Positions 10,200 to 21,000 of a DNA stretch of 64,000 nucleotides are shown piece after piece. The position numbers and the translations under genes are program-made. The stretch's first letter is position 1. Every line of letters starts with the position of its first letter. Below the pieces are notes generated by a model. That model was not told the DNA's origin, made no database searches, and worked only from the letters and a program-made list of their open reading frames with translations. Origin of the DNA: Planctomycetaceae bacterium (lineage in GTDB: Bacteria; Planctomycetota; Planctomycetia; Pirellulales; Thermoguttaceae); NCBI GenBank assembly GCA_031269105.1, contig JAISZO010000003.1:19095-83094 (forward strand), given 5' to 3'.

Positions 10200-11171
10200 A
10201 TGACGCTTGCAGTTAAAAAGCATGATTGTCTTTGTTTAGGAATTTTGTTTGCAGACGTTGTTTGTCAACCGATTTCGCATTTGCCGACGCCGGGCGAATT
10301 AGTACCGACGGAACGGGTAGAATTGAGTTTGGGCGGATGCGCATCGAATGTTGCTATCAATCTTTCAAGATTTAATTTGTCGGTCGGGCTTTCCGGTTGT
10401 ATCGGCGACGATCCGTTCAGCGATTATATTGCCGGCGCTTTGACCAAAACGCCGGGAATCGACGTCTCTCGATTGCGGAGAGTTCGCAACATGGGACCCG
10501 GAACAAGTATGATCATCAATGTGCATGGCGAAGATCGCCGCTTTATTAGCGCCAACGGAGCAAATGCCGAATATCATCTTCATGATTTGCCGGAAGAATG
10601 GCTCGCGCCGGAAACAATCATTTACATTGGCGGTTTTTTGATGACGCCAAAACTTGAAGCGCCGGAAACCATCGACGTACTCAAACTTGCCCGTCGGCGA
10701 GGATGCCGTATTTTACTGGACGTTGTTCTTTACGGCGACCGTCCTTATCTCGACGCAATCGCGCCGTTGTTGCCGTACGCCGACGCCTTTCTCCCCAATG
10801 ATCACGAAGCGGAAAAAATCACCGGTTTGACAAATCCGATTGAACAAGCAAAATTTTTCCTTGACGCCGGAACTCAAGCGGCAATCATTACGTGCGGCGA
10901 AAAAGGAACTTATTACTTTTCACAACGAGAAAAATTTCATGTGGATATTTTTCCGACAAATTATGTCGGCGGAACCGGCGCGGGCGACGCGTTCAATAGC
11001 GGATATATCGCCGCGCTGCACGAAAACCTTACGCCGCGAGAATGCGTCGTTTGGGGAAATGCGCTGGGAGCAAGCTGCGTCCGACATATCAGCGCGACGC
11101 AAAGCGTTTTCAATCGCGACGAACTTCAACGTTTTCTTGAAACTCGTTCGGCACAATGTCGAGACTTGTAA
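10200..11171 (+). CDS. PfkB-family carbohydrate kinase
   Basis: GGCASNVA near the N-terminus and GTGAGDAFNSGYI near the C-terminus. Confidence 0.8.
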   Translation: MTLAVKKHDCLCLGILFADVVCQPISHLPTPGELVPTERVELSLGGCASNVAINLSRFNLSVGLSGCIGDDPFSDYIAGALTKTPGIDVSRLRRVRNMGPGTSMIINVHGEDRRFISANGANAEYHLHDLPEEWLAPETIIYIGGFLMTPKLEAPETIDVLKLARRRGCRILLDVVLYGDRPYLDAIAPLLPYADAFLPNDHEAEKITGLTNPIEQAKFFLDAGTQAAIITCGEKGTYYFSQREKFHVDIFPTNYVGGTGAGDAFNSGYIAALHENLTPRECVVWGNALGASCVRHISATQSVFNRDELQRFLETRSAQCRDL

Positions 11172-11276
11172 AAACAGATCGCTTGTCGCTTTACGAAAAA
11201 GGCGAAGTATTCCGAAACAACGAATTATTCGGCATTGTTACGATAAAACCGGAGCGTTGGGAACGCTTATCTGAAA

Positions 11277-12359
11277 TTATCGCGTTGTCGTACTTTCTTG
11301 ATCGGCTGACGCAAGCGATTCGAGACGTCGAGCAAGCGTTGCGATTTTTGTATTCGCGTCGGCTTGTATCATGTTTTTCAAATATTCCAGCGATTCGGCG
11401 TCAAGAGAAAACGACTTTTGAGAACAAATGGCAGACGCGGTTGTCCATCTTACGTCGTCGTCCGGGTCTTTGAGAAGTTCAATCAACCAATTCGCGATTT
11501 CGAGTTGTTCGTCGGAAGCGAGTTGCGGAAGCAACGATTTTCTTACGTTGGGATTCGGATGATAAAGCGCCGCCGCAAGCCGTATTTGTTCGTCTTGAAA
11601 ACTATCTCGCGTTTTTAAAATTTCCTCCGATTGTTGAGAAATTTCCCAATTGGTATGATTTAACAAACGCATCAAATCTTGCGTGGGAAGTTTCGGTAAA
11701 TTTTCTATTGTTACCATTTGCAACTGCGAATCTAAAAATGGAGAAATATCCGAAGGATTTTGTTGCGGCAGTGAACGAATCGGTTCCTGACGCGCAATCA
11801 ATTCTTGCGGTTTTTCATGGATAAAAGATTCAGACGGTTTTGGCAAACTATAAAAACCGACTCGCGGCAAACTCGCAAGTTCGTTTTTTTTCAAAGGAAA
11901 TTCTTGCGGCAGTTTTGGAGGAACGCTTTGCGAATATTGTTTTTCAATTTGGTTCGGCTTATCCAGCGTTTGAGGCGTAAGATAAGTTGTATGAATTTTG
12001 GAATCGTCAATAGGATTCGACGTCGAATACGTTTCCGTTACAAGCAAATTTTTTTCAATTTCATCATTTTGCGTTTGCGGTAATTGACGCTTATTTCTCC
12101 GAATCGTTATATTTTTATTATTTCCTGTATTTCTCGCAATCTCTTGTGAAAAAAAAGAAAGAGAGTATTCTTTTCCAACCAAACTACAGAGAGCAATAAT
12201 GATTCCCGTTAAAAGAATCAAAATACCCCACGGCGGACGTAAAAAACCGATAATAATGCGAAAAATAACTCGAATAAAAATCATTTTGCTTTTCGCGTAA
12301 AAAATAAAAATGGTAATTGTAATTGGTAGCGATGAATACAAGGAAAGGAATTGTGCCAA
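11277..12359 (-). CDS. Membrane-anchored HEAT-repeat protein
   Basis: N-terminal TM helices. The C-terminus has HEAT-like repeats (LYHPNPNVRKSLLPQL, LLKDPDDDVRWTTASAI). Confidence 0.5.
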   Translation of the reverse strand: MAQFLSLYSSLPITITIFIFYAKSKMIFIRVIFRIIIGFLRPPWGILILLTGIIIALCSLVGKEYSLSFFSQEIARNTGNNKNITIRRNKRQLPQTQNDEIEKNLLVTETYSTSNPIDDSKIHTTYLTPQTLDKPNQIEKQYSQSVPPKLPQEFPLKKNELASLPRVGFYSLPKPSESFIHEKPQELIARQEPIRSLPQQNPSDISPFLDSQLQMVTIENLPKLPTQDLMRLLNHTNWEISQQSEEILKTRDSFQDEQIRLAAALYHPNPNVRKSLLPQLASDEQLEIANWLIELLKDPDDDVRWTTASAICSQKSFSLDAESLEYLKNMIQADANTKIATLARRLESLASADQESTTTR

Positions 12360-12557
12360 AAATACGTTATTGAATCAATACCGTTTCATTCAAAATTGTT
12401 TGATTTTGGAAGAAAAAATTAGGCGGCTTCGGAATATTTTGACGATAAATGACGAAGTAATGTTGTCAAGAGAGAATTGCTTAATCAAAACAAATTTCAA
12501 AAGCATTTCTTTGTCGTGTTCGTGCGTTGTCGCAAAACATTTATTTTGAGAAAAAAC

Positions 12558-14237
12558 ATGGTAAAATTTCGTCAATCGCACGCCGAACATTATTTAAGTT
12601 TCTTTTCGACGATTTTTTTCAAAATTCTCTTTGCGTTATTAGTATTGTTATTCTCTCTTTTCTTTTCGTCGGAAGTTTCCGCTCAATTGCTCCGCGCGAA
12701 AAAAACGGATAATAATACAATGAATACACAAAATAGTAAAGAAGAAGAAAATAAAGAAGGCGTTAAAATCCCTTGGCGCCAGCTTGATGTACGAGCAACT
12801 CAACTGATTCGCAACGTGATGGATAATAAAACCATTCATCGAAAGATGCCGGAACAGATCGGATATTGCGACGCAGAATTATACGATTTTATGGTACAAC
12901 ATCCCGATGTGGTTGTCGGAATTTGGGAATTACTCGGTATTACGCAAATTTCATTAGCGGAAACCTCGCCGAATCATTTTTTTCTACGCGAAGGAACATC
13001 GACAACAAGCCATATTGAAATTTTATATAAAAGTAAAAATCTTTGTATCATTTACGCTAAAGGCGAATATGAGACTCCAATGTTACCGCGAACAATTCGC
13101 GGAGAAAGCGTTCTCTTTTTGACGTCGCGTTTTGGAAAAGATAAAAAAGGACGTTCTGTCGTTCAAAGTAATCTTGACGCTTATATTCAAATTCAAAATC
13201 CCGGCGCTGATATGTTGGCGCGGGTTTTGGTTACTGTTGTCGGGAAAATAGCCGACAATAACTTTGAACAAACTGTCGAATTTGTTATGAATATTTCAGA
13301 ATCGGCGGAAAACGACTATGAAGCGGTGCAATCCGTCGCGTTGAAATTGTCTCGCGTCCGGCGCGAAGTCGCGGAAGAATTGGCGACGCTTGCTGAAACG
13401 GTTTATGATCGGGAAACCAACCGTCATGTAGCGGACACCCGTTCTCTATCGCCGCCAAAAACGCTTGACGAATTCTCGCAACATTCGTCAAATTCCGCAA
13501 TAGAATTACCGCTGGAATCTTTGTCTTCTAAATTGCCGGCAGAATCTGTTTTCGCGGAACCATTGCCGAAATACGCCGCTCATCCCGAACCGATTTTTGA
13601 TGAGATTGACACGGAAGACGCCAAATATCAAGAAGAACAGCTGATGCGTTTCGTGTCGGATTTTGCGCCGCCGTTATCATTTGAGCCGACGTCTCCGATC
13701 AAAAATTTCGCATTGAGAGCGGAGTCGGAATTACCGCAAATCAACGTTCAAACAAACAATGAACCGCCCGTGCAAAAGTATGATACTGAAACCGCGTCGC
13801 AGAAAAATCGCGTTATTATCGGTACAATATCGCCGACGCGTTCCAAAACGATACAAAATCAAACGTCGCCAACGGAAGTCTTACCGCAATCGATAACTTC
13901 CGCTCCGCAAACAACGCTTCCGTTATGGTCGCCAAATAGGGAACAACGCGTACCGCGATTTAATGCAACGCCGCGGTTCAATCCTGTTTTAGAAAACTTG
14001 CCGCAAAATTTTGAGCAAATTCCCGGTTCATCCGACGCAACGCAAACTTTAAAGACAACATCTTCAACGATCCTACCCATGCCGTCTGCAATTTCGTCCT
14101 CGTCGAATCCGTCTTCGTCATCTTTAGCGCCTCCAACAACAATCTTATCTCCGACGTCGCCGACATTGCGTACTTATTCGACGAAAGCATCAGAAAACGC
14201 GATTTCGGTTCCAGATTTCTCCGCGCCATTAAAGTGA
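12558..14237 (+). CDS. Secreted or anchored protein of unknown function with a Pro/Ser/Thr-rich tail
   Basis: Signal/anchor-like N-terminus ILFALLVLLFSLFFSSEVSA and a long low-complexity P/S/T-rich C-terminal half. No recognised domain. Confidence 0.5.
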   Translation: MVKFRQSHAEHYLSFFSTIFFKILFALLVLLFSLFFSSEVSAQLLRAKKTDNNTMNTQNSKEEENKEGVKIPWRQLDVRATQLIRNVMDNKTIHRKMPEQIGYCDAELYDFMVQHPDVVVGIWELLGITQISLAETSPNHFFLREGTSTTSHIEILYKSKNLCIIYAKGEYETPMLPRTIRGESVLFLTSRFGKDKKGRSVVQSNLDAYIQIQNPGADMLARVLVTVVGKIADNNFEQTVEFVMNISESAENDYEAVQSVALKLSRVRREVAEELATLAETVYDRETNRHVADTRSLSPPKTLDEFSQHSSNSAIELPLESLSSKLPAESVFAEPLPKYAAHPEPIFDEIDTEDAKYQEEQLMRFVSDFAPPLSFEPTSPIKNFALRAESELPQINVQTNNEPPVQKYDTETASQKNRVIIGTISPTRSKTIQNQTSPTEVLPQSITSAPQTTLPLWSPNREQRVPRFNATPRFNPVLENLPQNFEQIPGSSDATQTLKTTSSTILPMPSAISSSSNPSSSSLAPPTTILSPTSPTLRTYSTKASENAISVPDFSAPLK

Positions 14238-14363
14238 AGTATCTACAGGAAAACTCTAAAAACTCTTTTTACCACAAAGCCGCGAAAAAAGATAAAAGCC
14301 AAGAGAAAGAAACAAACACTGTCGGAGTTTTCCTGAACGCCGCCATGTCGCAATGGCGTCTCC

Positions 14364-14392
14364 TTGTCTTTCAAAAAATTTCGATGTATAAT
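14364..14392 (+). promoter_or_regulatory. Sigma70-like promoter candidate for the Rpn-like gene
   Basis: TTGTCT-N17-TATAAT, about 40 nt upstream of the ATG at 14434. Confidence 0.35.
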
Positions 14393-14433
14393 ATAAATTT
14401 GAGCGTTGGAATTTTACAACACGGAGATACGTT

Positions 14434-15525
14434 ATGAGCAAGCGAAGCGAAGACAAGTACATAGTTACGCACAACACGTTTTTTGAAGAAACGTTTGGAA
14501 TGGCGACGCTTGCCATTGCGTTTTTGAAAAAATATCTGCCGCGAAAAATCCGGCGGAAACTCGATCTTGAAAAATTGATTGTTGAGAAAATCAAATTTCG
14601 CGACTTCGGCACATTTCGGGAATTACGTCCGGACATAGTCTATCGAGCGCCGACGCTCAAAGGAAATCGGATTGTTCACATTCATATTATCATTGAGCAT
14701 AAGTCGTTTGACGATCAAGGGACGATTTTTCAGTTGCACGATTATGTGAATCAGTTACACGGAGAGGAAGTCCGCGCCAATTTAATTGACCCGAAAACGA
14801 AAAAGCGGAAAAAATGGACAAAAAAGTTCCGTTTGTCGCCGGTTATTGCGATGATTTTGCATCACGGAATTTTGGCGTTCACGGGTAAAACAGAGTATGC
14901 GGAACTCTTTGACCTTGAAGAATTTCAAGAATTAAAAGAGCTTCAACCGCATTTGAAAGCTATTTTAGTAGATTTGTCGGTCATTACGGAAAATAAGCTT
15001 CCGCGCGACCCGAATGCGCCTGAGTTGCATGTCGTTTTGCTGATTATGAAAATCATTTTCGGTAAAAGCCGAACAATACTAAAAAAGAAATTTTGTGAAA
15101 TTCTCGACGAATTAAAACCGTACTCGCAAATTCCCAAATATAGACGATTGATTAGAGAACTTTGGTGTTATTTAGTTTATAACGCAGACAAGATTAACGA
15201 AACGGATTATGACGAACTTGAATCGGTCGTCCGAGATACAATAGGAGACGAAAACATGCCGACATTGGTACAACATTTTATCAATAGGGGTAAAATCGAA
15301 GGTAAAATCGAAGGTAAAATCGAAGGCAAAGTTGAAGGTAAGGTTGAAGGCAAAGTTGAAATTATTCTTCGCAAACTTTCACGGCGTTTTGGTAATGTTC
15401 CAAAATCTATTGAAGAACAGCTTTCAGTGATTAGCGACCTTGAATATCTTGACCAACTGACAGATTTATCATACGACTGTCAAACTTTTGAGGAATTTGA
15501 AAACGCTTTGAAAGACAGATTATGA
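14434..15525 (+). CDS. Rpn-family recombination-promoting nuclease / putative transposase (PD-(D/E)XK) with a DUF4351-like C-terminus
   Basis: RPDIVYRAP...VHIHIIIEHKSF carries the D...E-x-K core. The C-terminus ILRKLSRRFGNVPKSIEEQL...LSYDCQTFEEFENAL is DUF4351-like. Confidence 0.75.
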   Translation: MSKRSEDKYIVTHNTFFEETFGMATLAIAFLKKYLPRKIRRKLDLEKLIVEKIKFRDFGTFRELRPDIVYRAPTLKGNRIVHIHIIIEHKSFDDQGTIFQLHDYVNQLHGEEVRANLIDPKTKKRKKWTKKFRLSPVIAMILHHGILAFTGKTEYAELFDLEEFQELKELQPHLKAILVDLSVITENKLPRDPNAPELHVVLLIMKIIFGKSRTILKKKFCEILDELKPYSQIPKYRRLIRELWCYLVYNADKINETDYDELESVVRDTIGDENMPTLVQHFINRGKIEGKIEGKIEGKVEGKVEGKVEIILRKLSRRFGNVPKSIEEQLSVISDLEYLDQLTDLSYDCQTFEEFENALKDRL

Positions 15526-15549
15526 CGAACTTGAATCGGTCGTCCGAGA
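15205..15549. repeat. Perfect 32-nt direct repeat (15205-15236 and 15518-15549) bracketing the 3' cassette of the Rpn-like gene
   Basis: GATTATGACGAACTTGAATCGGTCGTCCGAGA occurs twice, 313 nt apart. The second copy spans the stop codon. Confidence 0.9.
15289..15360 (+). repeat. In-frame 12-nt tandem repeat x6 encoding (GKIE)3(GKVE)3
   Basis: ggtaaaatcgaa x3 followed by ggcaaagttgaa / ggtaaggttgaa / ggcaaagttgaa. Confidence 0.95.
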
Positions 15550-15645
15550 AGTATAGCAAAGTTATATTACATTTTTACTTGAAAAATCGGCTTTTCTATT
15601 TTCGTTGATCTTATAAATTAAGACGCATTTTTACATCTTACTATT

Positions 15646-17781
15646 GTGCTTACAGTTCATGAGACGCTTTTTCCCGGCGGGATTGTTTCCCAACGGTTGC
15701 CGAATTACGAATATCGGCAGGAACAACTTGAGGCGTCCTGTGCGGTCGAGACGGCGTTGCGCGAAGGGACGCATCTTGTCGTCGAAGCGGGAACCGGCGT
15801 CGGAAAAAGTTTCGCGTATCTTGTGCCGGCGATTCTTTACGCGGTCGAAGAGCAGTTGCGCGACGAACAACGTCGCAACGAATCGGACGCCGCGAATGAA
15901 ATCGACGCGGTAAACGCCGATCTCGATCAAATTGCCGAACTCGAAAGAACGCGAAAAAAAGGATTGCGGCGGATTGTCGTTTCAACGCATACGATTAGTT
16001 TGCAGGAACAGTTAATTAACAAAGACGTCCCTTTTCTTAACGCGATCCTGCCTTATGAATTTAGCGCCGTGTTGGTCAAAGGACGCTCGAATTACGTCTG
16101 TCTCCGGCGGCTTGAAAACGCCGCGAAACGGACGACGTTGATGTTCGCCGACGAAGAAGCGGACGAATTGGTGCGAATTAATCTTTGGGCAAAAAAAACA
16201 AACGACGGCTCGTTGTCCGATCTTTCCCCGCAACCGCAACCGGACGTTTGGGACGACGTGGCTTGCGAAATGGGAAATTGTTTCGGCAAGCGATGTAAGT
16301 TTGAGAGACAATGTTTTTATCAACAGGCGCGGCGGCGAATTGCCAATGCGCAAATCATCATTGTCAATCATGCGATTTTATTCAGCGATCTTGCGGTGCG
16401 GCGGCAGGGCGGATGTATCCTGCCGGTTTACGACGCTTTGGTGTTCGACGAAGCGCATACGATGGAACAAGCCGCAGCCGATTATCTCGGCGTTACGGTT
16501 ACGCAGGGACAAGCCGACTACCTTCTTAATAAATTGTACAACGAACATAACGGACGCGGGCTGCTTTTTCAATCGGTTCACGATCCGTCGCGGGAAGCGG
16601 TTTCTGAATGCCGAAGCCGCGCGGTTGATCTTTTCGAATCGATTTCCGATTGGCTTGCGCGGCGTCCGAATAGTAACGGACGGGTGCGCGAATCGGGAAT
16701 CGTGCGCAATCCGCTGTCGGAAGGTTTGCGGAAACTTTCGTCGCGTCTTCGCGATTGTATCGACAAAGAACCGAATCAAGACCTCAAACAGGAATTGACC
16801 GCCGCGAGAAATAAAATTGTAACGCTTGGAACGACGATTGATTTGTGGCTTCAGCAATCGGACGATTCGCTTGTTTATTGGATTGAAAGAACGACGTCGC
16901 AACGCGGACGGGCGCGGATTATGTTAGAAGCCGCTCCGATTCATGTCGGACCAATTCTGCGCGAACATCTTTTTAATACGGTTTCGTCGGTCGTAATGAC
17001 CAGCGCGACGCTTTCGACGGGACGTTATATGGCGGCGCAAACGCAGACGCAAAACTTCAAAACGTCCGGGACGTCCGCGTTAAACAAAACGGCGGATCCG
17101 TTTTTATTTTTCAAATCGCGGATTGGATTAACCGAAGCGCCGACGAAAATGATCGGCAGTCCGTTTGATTACCGCAAACAGGCGACGCTTGTGTTGGTCA
17201 AAGGAATGACGCCGCCCGACGCCCCGGAACGCGAACTTTCGCGTCAGCTTAATCAAATGTTGCGGCGTTATCTTACCGAAACGGACGGACACGCCTTTGT
17301 GTTGTTCACGAGTTATACGCAATTGAAAAAAACGGCGGCGGCAATGATTACGTGGCTGGCGGAACAAAATATGCCGTTTCTTGCGCAAGGCGAAGGAATT
17401 CCGCGTTCGCAAATGGCGGCGCAATTTCGGGAGAAAAAACGGAGCGTCTTATTCGGCACGGACAGTTTCTGGCAGGGCGTCGACGTTCCGGGAGACGCTT
17501 TGCAAAACGTCATTATCACGAAACTTCCGTTTCTTGTACCGGGGCGCCCGCTTATCGAGGCGAAACTCGAAGCGATTGAAGAATCGGGCGGTAATCCGTT
17601 CAACGATTTTCAACTTCCGAGCGCAATTCTCAAATTTAAACAAGGATTTGGGCGCTTAATCCGCACGAAAACGGATCGCGGAATTATCGTTGTTCTCGAC
17701 CCGCGTATCCATACAAAAAACTACGGACGACGTTTTCTCGACGCGCTGCCGGAATGTCATATGCGGATTGACGCCGTGTGA
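15646..17781 (+). CDS. dinG: DinG/XPD-family ATP-dependent DNA helicase with an Fe-S domain
   Basis: Walker A AGTGVGKS, DEAH box VFDEAH, four Cys (CLRRL, CEMGNC, CKFERQC), and C-terminal FWQGVDVPG. Confidence 0.85.
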   Translation: MLTVHETLFPGGIVSQRLPNYEYRQEQLEASCAVETALREGTHLVVEAGTGVGKSFAYLVPAILYAVEEQLRDEQRRNESDAANEIDAVNADLDQIAELERTRKKGLRRIVVSTHTISLQEQLINKDVPFLNAILPYEFSAVLVKGRSNYVCLRRLENAAKRTTLMFADEEADELVRINLWAKKTNDGSLSDLSPQPQPDVWDDVACEMGNCFGKRCKFERQCFYQQARRRIANAQIIIVNHAILFSDLAVRRQGGCILPVYDALVFDEAHTMEQAAADYLGVTVTQGQADYLLNKLYNEHNGRGLLFQSVHDPSREAVSECRSRAVDLFESISDWLARRPNSNGRVRESGIVRNPLSEGLRKLSSRLRDCIDKEPNQDLKQELTAARNKIVTLGTTIDLWLQQSDDSLVYWIERTTSQRGRARIMLEAAPIHVGPILREHLFNTVSSVVMTSATLSTGRYMAAQTQTQNFKTSGTSALNKTADPFLFFKSRIGLTEAPTKMIGSPFDYRKQATLVLVKGMTPPDAPERELSRQLNQMLRRYLTETDGHAFVLFTSYTQLKKTAAAMITWLAEQNMPFLAQGEGIPRSQMAAQFREKKRSVLFGTDSFWQGVDVPGDALQNVIITKLPFLVPGRPLIEAKLEAIEESGGNPFNDFQLPSAILKFKQGFGRLIRTKTDRGIIVVLDPRIHTKNYGRRFLDALPECHMRIDAV

Positions 17782-18019
17782 AAGCGAGGTTTCGGGGAAA
17801 ATTCGGCGGAAATATTATAAAAATTTCACGGAATAATTACAAAAAAACAATCCTATAGAAATTTACCCAAAATATTTCTTCGTTTCAGAAAGTAAACCAC
17901 TAGTAGAAATGTGGAAAAATTATAAACTATTATTATTCGAAAAAACAGCGAATAATGTTTGCGTGTTAGAAAAAGTTTGAATTTTTTGATAATTCTCCTA
18001 ATATTTTATAAGGGAAAAC

Positions 18020-21000
18020 ATGACAAATGTCCCTATGACGGAAGAAATCCGAGCAAAAATCAAGGATATTTTAGGATATTTGACGTTCTCCACAGGAGCG
18101 CGGGACGTCGGCTTTCTTGGTACGCTCAGTACGGTTTACGATTTTCTTTCTCAAAAAAAACAGCAAGGAACGTGGCAAGTTTTATACGCAACGCTTGTGC
18201 GCGAATTAAAAAAATTGTCGAAAGAATCGGAAGCGTTTCAATCGACAAAGCAAGCGTCTAACGCTTTGATTTTTGTTTTTGAAAAAATTTTGCCCGCTTA
18301 CCGCGCGTTTCATTCGGACGTGCTGTTTCATCAAACGGACGATTTTTTGTACACGCCGTTCTTTTTGGGACGTTGCTTTGAAGTTTTTCTGTCGCAGGAA
18401 CAAACCGGAGACGACGAAGCGGCGTTGATTTCGCGCGTGATACGTCAAATGAACGATTATATCGGTTATCGTCCGGTTCCGGTTTTGGAAGGACGCGAAA
18501 AAAGCGAACCCAATGAGCATGAATGGATTGCTCCGTTGCCGTTATATATTGAAGGGGCGGGAGTTGCGTCCGGTCGTTATCAGGCGGCAATCGAAAAAGC
18601 GTTGGAAATTTTGCGAAACACCGATCCGTCCATTCTGCACGACGCTTGTTTCGATCCCGACAAATTGCAGGAACTCGTTCTCGATCCGCGCGCGTATGAT
18701 TTCGATCATCCGGTCAATCGCCGTCCGAACTATCATTTCGGAACGTGGGACCCGCATACGATTGACAATAGCGGTTATTACCGGCGTTTCATTGTGCATC
18801 AGGTGACGCTTGAAGGAATGTTGGCGCGTCTGGAATTGGCGTACACCGGCGAATCGGACGTTTCCAACGTGCCGTATGACGAATTGTTGTATGAAGCTGG
18901 CGCGGTTTTGGCGGGAACAATGCTGATGGGATCGGGAATCAGCGGAGATACGCCGCATACTTACGACTCCAATACGTCGCTTTCTACGTTGATGCCGCAT
19001 ATCGCGGACTACCGCGACCGGTTTTACGACTTTCTCATCAAAAATGTTGACTGCAAATTAAAACCGCGTCTCGAAGAAGAACAAAAACGGTTGCAACAGC
19101 CGTTCGGCGGAGCAAGGCAAAGTCTCAACAAACAGCTTGCCAAACGCCGCGCCGACCAATTGCAGCGATTTCATCTGGCGCGAACGCTCGCGCGGATGGG
19201 ATATTACGACGCGGCGAATCGACAGACTGAAATCATTTCCGTCGTTTCTGCGCGGACGCTTTGCAAAATTGATTGTCTGATTACGCAAGGACACAAACTC
19301 GCCGACCACGATCAGCCGGAAGAAGCGGTGAAAGTTTTGCCGGAAATCGAAGAACTGCTGCATCGCGGTATTGCGTGCGGCGCGATTGTCGATCCCTGGA
19401 CGATTATCGGTTTTGGAGCGCAGTACAGTTTGTTTCCTGCGATTGACAACGCGGTTCACGATCACCGCGTGGACGATTTAATCAATTTGCTCAACGATAT
19501 TTTTGATCTTTACAGCCGATTGCAAAAAGACGCCGCCGCGATGGGAAACGGCGATTTGCAATCGCATTTGTCGGATAAAATGAGCGATCTTGCCGGATGG
19601 TGGGATCAATTCGGAAGTACGGAAGTTTCGAGCGTCGAGGGCTTTTCCGGTCATGCGGTTTGGGCGTCGGCGGCGATGGTGGCGACGGCGCTTGCCGCGT
19701 GGAATAAAGCGGGAACTGCCGCAGGCGACATTTCGTTTTGGAGTCGGCATGTCAGCCGTTTCGAGTCGCCGAAAGCGTATGTTTTACTCGGCGAGGCGTT
19801 GCTCGATCAGCGGGATTTAGTCGCGTCGATGGCGTTGATGATGCATTGGCTCAATCAGGCGGAAGATATTCCGCTCACGGAAGGCGATTACTCGTTTCAT
19901 GCGTTGATCATTCGCTGGATTGAACTTGTCTGGAAAGACGAACCGGAAGAAGAGAACGATGACGGCGAAGAACGGAAAAAAAACTCAAAAGCGTCTCCAA
20001 GCTGGAAGAAACGTTTTTCGCCGGTACCGGAAGAAAAGCGTTGGGAATTAACGATTAAACTGTTTGATTATCTCGAAGCCAACGCGGACTTTTATTGGCA
20101 GGTTCCGAAATTTGACCCGGACGGCGATATAAACGAAATTGTCGGACATTTTGACCGGCTCCTCGAACAAGACAATGACAATTCGGGGAATTCTGATTTA
20201 GACGAATTTAACGACGGCGAGATCGACGAAGAGGAAAGGGGTTATTATGAAGCGTTGGATGAAGACCTCAAACGGCGGATGGACAGAGAAAACGCCGAAA
20301 AAGAAAAAGATTTATTCAGCGCGGCGTATGAAAACGTAACGTATCACGACACGACCGACGACGGAATTGACGACAGTTTAGCGGACGGAGGACCGACGCC
20401 GTTCAACGACGACGACGATTTCGGCGTCGCGAAAGAAGCGGAACGGATTGGCGAGCGTTTAGCGTTTTTGTTGTCGTTATCGAAGTTGTGGCGTTACGCC
20501 GCGTCGAAATTTCCGAATATTCCTCAAACGCAGGACGCGGAAAAGATAAAAGAAATCCGCGAGCGTTTGCAGGAATGGTTGAAACATGCCGACCGAATCT
20601 GGACGGGATTGCAGGAATTGCTCGCGCAAACGACGGCGTATGAAGTGCCGGAGCCGAAAGGAACGCAAGAATCGCTTATGGAATACGACCGGCGGCGCAG
20701 CATGAAAGAAATTCTCATCGACCGGATTGTTTGGACGACCGTTGAATTGATGGACGCGTTTTATACGATTTGCGCCGTAACAAACGACCAGGGATTAGTC
20801 AGCCGTTTGAATCATTGGCAGCAAAAGACGCTTCCGGTTTTTTCGGCGTTTTATCATGCCGACTCGCAAACCGTCAAACGGCTTTGGAAAAAAATGCTCA
20901 ACGCGCTTCAGCGGGAAACGTTGCTTTATGTGCCGACGGCTCGCGGCGGCGATCCGCGCGCGATTGTCTCCGTCCGGTTTTTGCAGCAGATGATCATTCG

